Source: a virus
Length of the DNA: 44,466 nucleotides
Reading direction: 5' to 3' (one strand)
Virus record (IMG/VR): IMGVR_UViG_3300020536_000001
Location: 1-44,466 of that record
Shown here piece after piece: positions 42,245-44,466 of the stretch (positions are counted from its first letter, which is position 1; the number at the start of each line of letters is the position of its first letter). The notes under the pieces are model-generated. The model was not told the DNA's origin and made no database searches. It worked only from the letters and a program-made list of their open reading frames with translations. A program made the position numbers and the translations under genes.

Positions 42245-42535
42245 TTAAAGGTTGCGTAAGGATTCGTTTACAATGTGGATGTGGTCGTGGTTGACCTTGA
42301 GTTTGCCCATAAAACCGCTGATAACGATTTCAGCGGATGGATTCCCAATCATCGTCAAAGCGTGTTCGTATTGGCGAAGCGTTGGCACATACGATCCACC
42401 AGCGGTGGAATAGTCAAACTTGGATTTCGCACGGTTGGCCTCCATTTTCGCAATTTTGCGTTGGAATGCAGCTTCGGCCTTCGCTTCACGCTGCTCAGGG
42501 GTCAGCGTTGGTTTGTAGGAATGGCGATAGTTCAT
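42245..42535 (-). CDS. Hypothetical protein, 96 aa; first gene of the early leftward operon
   Basis: Start at MNYRHSYKP. The longer ORF-track start at 42613 would translate the leader repeat as NPNPNPNP. Confidence 0.6.
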   Translation of the reverse strand: MNYRHSYKPTLTPEQREAKAEAAFQRKIAKMEANRAKSKFDYSTAGGSYVPTLRQYEHALTMIGNPSAEIVISGFMGKLKVNHDHIHIVNESLRNL

Positions 42536-42570
42536 AGGGTTGGGGTTAGGATTAGGGTTGAATTGTAAAC

Positions 42571-42578
42571 CAAAGTTA
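42571..42578 (-). promoter_or_regulatory. Candidate early leftward promoter, -7 box TAACTTTG (minus sense)
   Basis: Plus strand reads CAAAGTTA, ~36 nt upstream of the ATG at 42535. No clean -33 TTTG. Confidence 0.3.
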
Positions 42579-42587
42579 AAGCGGTCA

Positions 42588-42707
42588 ATCGTCAGTTGCG
42601 CCTCAATCGTCAAATTATTTTTATTTTTTTTTCGTCAACATCGTCAATCGTCAAGCAATCGTCAAGGTATCGTCAATCGTCAAGCAATCGTCAATCGTCA
42701 ATCGTCA
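42588..42707. repeat. Array of 10 perfect ATCGTCA heptamers (plus 1 partial) split by an A/T tract
   Basis: Copies start at 42588, 42606, 42640, 42647, 42658, 42669, 42676, 42687, 42694 and 42701. The partial copy is TCGTCA at 42632. The A/T run aaattatttttattttttttt spans 42612..42632. Confidence 0.9.
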
Positions 42708-42731
42708 AACCAAAGGATCCCAGGCAACCGG

Positions 42732-42824
42732 TGTCCAGGAAAGTGGACAGTGTCCAGGAAAGTGATCATGTCCAGGAAAGTGGACAGTGTCCAGAAAATT
42801 GGACAATGTCCAAAATATTGGACA
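42732..42824. repeat. Five head-to-tail 18-bp dyad-symmetric units TGTCCA-N6-TGGACA
   Basis: Units at 42732..42749, 42751..42768 (right half degenerate, TGATCA), 42769..42786, 42788..42805 and 42807..42824. Confidence 0.9.
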
Positions 42825-42924
42825 GTTAGGGTTCTGGCTGTGGATCGGCCAAAGATAGGGCCAGAGGTCTAAAAATATCTTAAAAATATTTTTATAAATG
42901 TGGCGCAAATAATAAGGCCCGCCG

Positions 42925-42932
42925 TATTTTTG
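42925..42932 (+). promoter_or_regulatory. TAnnTTTG box (TATTTTTG) for the rightward gene 42972..43769
   Basis: Lies 40 nt before the ATG, with a TTAACCCT x3 leader in between. Confidence 0.3.
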
Positions 42933-42971
42933 CTATACATTTAACCCTTTAACCCTTTAACCCTAAAAACT

Positions 42972-43769
42972 ATGTTCACCACTACAGAAGCCCCCACCCG
43001 TTACAATACCGAGCAAATTAATTGGCTTAAGCATATGCTCAGGCTCGGCGAAAATAAGCTTTTAAGCGCAGGATCCACCAACGCCAAGACCGCAAAGAAC
43101 GATCTCAAGACCTTTATTCTTTACCTGGCCCCGGCTGATCAGAATTCTAAGGGCATTAATATATGCCCAGCCGCTGATACCTGCAAGGCCCCGTGCCTGT
43201 TCACGGCGGGCCGTGGAGCCTTTAATAGCGTCCAGGCTGCAAGGATCGCCCGTACTGAATTCTATATCCTGCACCGGGACGAATTCGCCCGTACTTTGGT
43301 TAATGAGCTCTCAAAGCTTTACACAAAAGCTCTAAACACGGGTCAAAAATTCGCCGTACGTCTGAACGGGACCTCCGATCTTGATTTTATAGCAATCCTA
43401 AAGAATAGGACCGGTACCGACATCTTAGAGACCTTTGGAACGTCTATAGACTCTGACCGCTCCGGTCTTGTTTTCTACGATTACACAAAGCTGATAGGCA
43501 AGGTGCGCAAATATGCGGGGACAAACTATACGCTGACCTTTAGCTATCAGCCCGGCAATTTGCAAGAGTGCAGCGAAGCCCTAAGCCTTGGCTCAAATGT
43601 TGCGGCCGTGTTTAGAGATCAGCTCCCCGCCGTTTGGTCAGGATCGCCTGTGATAGACGGCGATAGTTCGGACATTGAGATGTTAACTAATAAGGCCAAG
43701 ATCTTAGGTCTTAAGGCCAAAGGTCAGGCCCGCAAGGATCGGTCGGGCTTTGTGATCGATCCCGCCTAA
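42972..43769 (+). CDS. GP88-family-like phage protein, 265 aa (by memory)
   Basis: STNAKTAKN...FILYLAPA...ICPAADTCKAPCLFTAGRG...VRLNGTSDLDF...VFYDYTK pattern. Confidence 0.55.
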   Translation: MFTTTEAPTRYNTEQINWLKHMLRLGENKLLSAGSTNAKTAKNDLKTFILYLAPADQNSKGINICPAADTCKAPCLFTAGRGAFNSVQAARIARTEFYILHRDEFARTLVNELSKLYTKALNTGQKFAVRLNGTSDLDFIAILKNRTGTDILETFGTSIDSDRSGLVFYDYTKLIGKVRKYAGTNYTLTFSYQPGNLQECSEALSLGSNVAAVFRDQLPAVWSGSPVIDGDSSDIEMLTNKAKILGLKAKGQARKDRSGFVIDPA

Positions 43770-43791
43770 GAGATCGCCACAGCGCAAAGAT

Positions 43792-43818
43792 AGGCCCCTA
43801 TTTGGGGCCTTTTTTTTT
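43792..43818 (+). terminator. Rho-independent terminator
   Basis: Perfect 7-bp stem AGGCCCC / GGGGCCT, loop TATTT, then T x8 (the stem's closing T extends the run to 9). Confidence 0.85.
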
Positions 43819-43835
43819 GGCCCGTACTTTGGGCA

Positions 43836-44235
43836 GGTTGACGGGTTGACGGGCTGAGAGGTCAGAGGGCTGAGGGGTCCCACCAAACAGACTCCGCCCC
43901 AAAAACCTAACTTTGGCTAAGCGATCCCCAAAAGAGGGACCGAAAATAAGGACCCCTAATTTGGGCCGTCCTGCTTTGGGCCGGTGACCTTGACCGGTGA
44001 CCTTTGGCCCGGTGACCAGGCCCGCTGATCAGATGGGACCCAAAGTAAGGTGAAAAGAAGGGACCCCTAATTTGGGACGATCGGCCCAGGGTCTGGCTCA
44101 GAGTCTGGCCCAGGCTCTGGCCCTGTGGCCGTGGACCTGTGGCCCTGGCCCTGCAATAGGGGCGAAAACAAAGGACCCAAATTGCCCAGGCCCTGCAACC
44201 TTTGGCCCTATGGCCCGTATGCCCGGCCCGCCCGT
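43836..44235. repeat. GC-rich non-coding region of nested short tandem repeats with three ~110-bp-spaced anchor motifs
   Basis: GGTTGACG x2 (43836..43851), CTGAGRGG-like x3, CCGGTGACC x3 (43981..44017) and TCTGGC/CTGTGGCC runs (44090..44150). Anchors are AAGGACCCCTAATTTGGG at 43948 and 44058 (44058 has one extra G: AAGGGACCCC...), with a degenerate copy at 44170. Confidence 0.85.
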
Positions 44236-44367
44236 AGTGTATAGTAAATAGGGCAAACCCGCCCATTTTTGTGGACAGTGGGGCGAGTTCCCCTCCCCAC
44301 ATTATTTCTCACCCCTTAACACAGTTTGACAAAATGGCTAAAATCGGGTACCTTTTTGACGCTGTTT

Positions 44368-44466
44368 TTAGACTCTTTTTGGTGTGCAAAATGCGACTCA
44401 AAAAAAAATGAGCATAAGATTTAATATAAGTGTTTATATTCTATATAGATGTCTATATGTTATATA
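44368..44466. repeat. Terminal direct repeat, copy 2 (identical to 1..99)
   Basis: Exact 99/99 match to the window start. Confidence 0.95.

Noticed and set aside
41954-42262. (TTTAGGG)n as a genuine telomere or contamination from a eukaryote
   Set aside because: There are only 2-3 units per site. The sites are scattered, always abut start codons, and follow gene orientation. The surrounding genes are unambiguously phage.
42245-42613. Longer 122-aa version of the first early gene, beginning MTIEAQ...NPNPNPNP
   Set aside because: The extension translates the CCCTAA-type leader repeat and runs into the heptamer array and promoter region. The internal ATG at 42535 sits in the same context as other early starts.
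42585-42824. Possible CRISPR array
   Set aside because: The repeat units are 7 and 18-19 bp with no unique spacers between them, and there are no cas genes. The architecture fits operators or iterons, not CRISPR.
43907-44302. 131-aa minus-strand ORF across the GC-rich repeat region
   Set aside because: Its translation is repetitive and low-complexity (GHTGHRAKG..., GPRPQGQSLGQTLSQTLG...). It is simply what the tandem GC-rich repeats read as. There is no leader motif or partner genes.
1-44466. tRNA, rRNA, integrase or transposase genes
   Set aside because: I recognised none while reading the intergenic gaps and the ORF list. A tRNAscan/Infernal run is needed to exclude small RNAs formally.

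Overview
The window reads as one complete tailed-phage genome. Nt 1..99 are repeated exactly at 44368..44466, which leaves 44,367 bp of unique sequence. The gene content is siphovirus-like, with a 977-aa tape measure and no sheath gene. Starts lack Shine-Dalgarno sequences (typically ...taacaaaATG), and TAnnTTTG boxes sit just upstream of many genes, so the host is probably a member of the Bacteroidota.

Layout:
- Plus-strand arm (273..27504): small and large terminase, two small membrane proteins, a tail chaperone with a candidate -1 frameshift, tape measure, two large tail-tip proteins and a 192-aa structural protein with its own terminator. Next comes a 5-gene glycosyltransferase/methyltransferase island. 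Then portal, MuF-like protein, scaffold, major capsid, connector-sized proteins, a duplicated LamG-type fibre cassette, holin and a GH19 endolysin.
- Minus-strand arm (27621..42535), tightly packed and translationally coupled: metallophosphoesterase, ParB-like protein, VRR-NUC nuclease, a small protein ending in an SSB-type DDMPF tip, a DnaA domain-IV-like protein, a C5 cytosine methyltransferase, DnaB helicase, a replication-organiser-like protein, a Rad52-type annealing protein, an HTH protein and many small unknown genes.
- Divergent control region (42536..42971) with two dense repeat arrays, one plus-strand GP88-like gene, and a GC-rich repeat region (43836..44235) that abuts the terminase on the circular map.

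Main lead: an HNH endonuclease gene is nested out of frame inside the methyltransferase ORF, yet the methyltransferase frame stays open across the whole insert, and the third frame carries colinear ORF pieces. Other leads are the glycosylation island inside the virion module, the operator/iteron arrays, a telomere-like CCCTAAA leader before early genes, and candidate origins.

I recognised no tRNA, rRNA, CRISPR array, integrase or reverse transcriptase. All family assignments come from motifs read by eye and remembered family signatures. No search was run.
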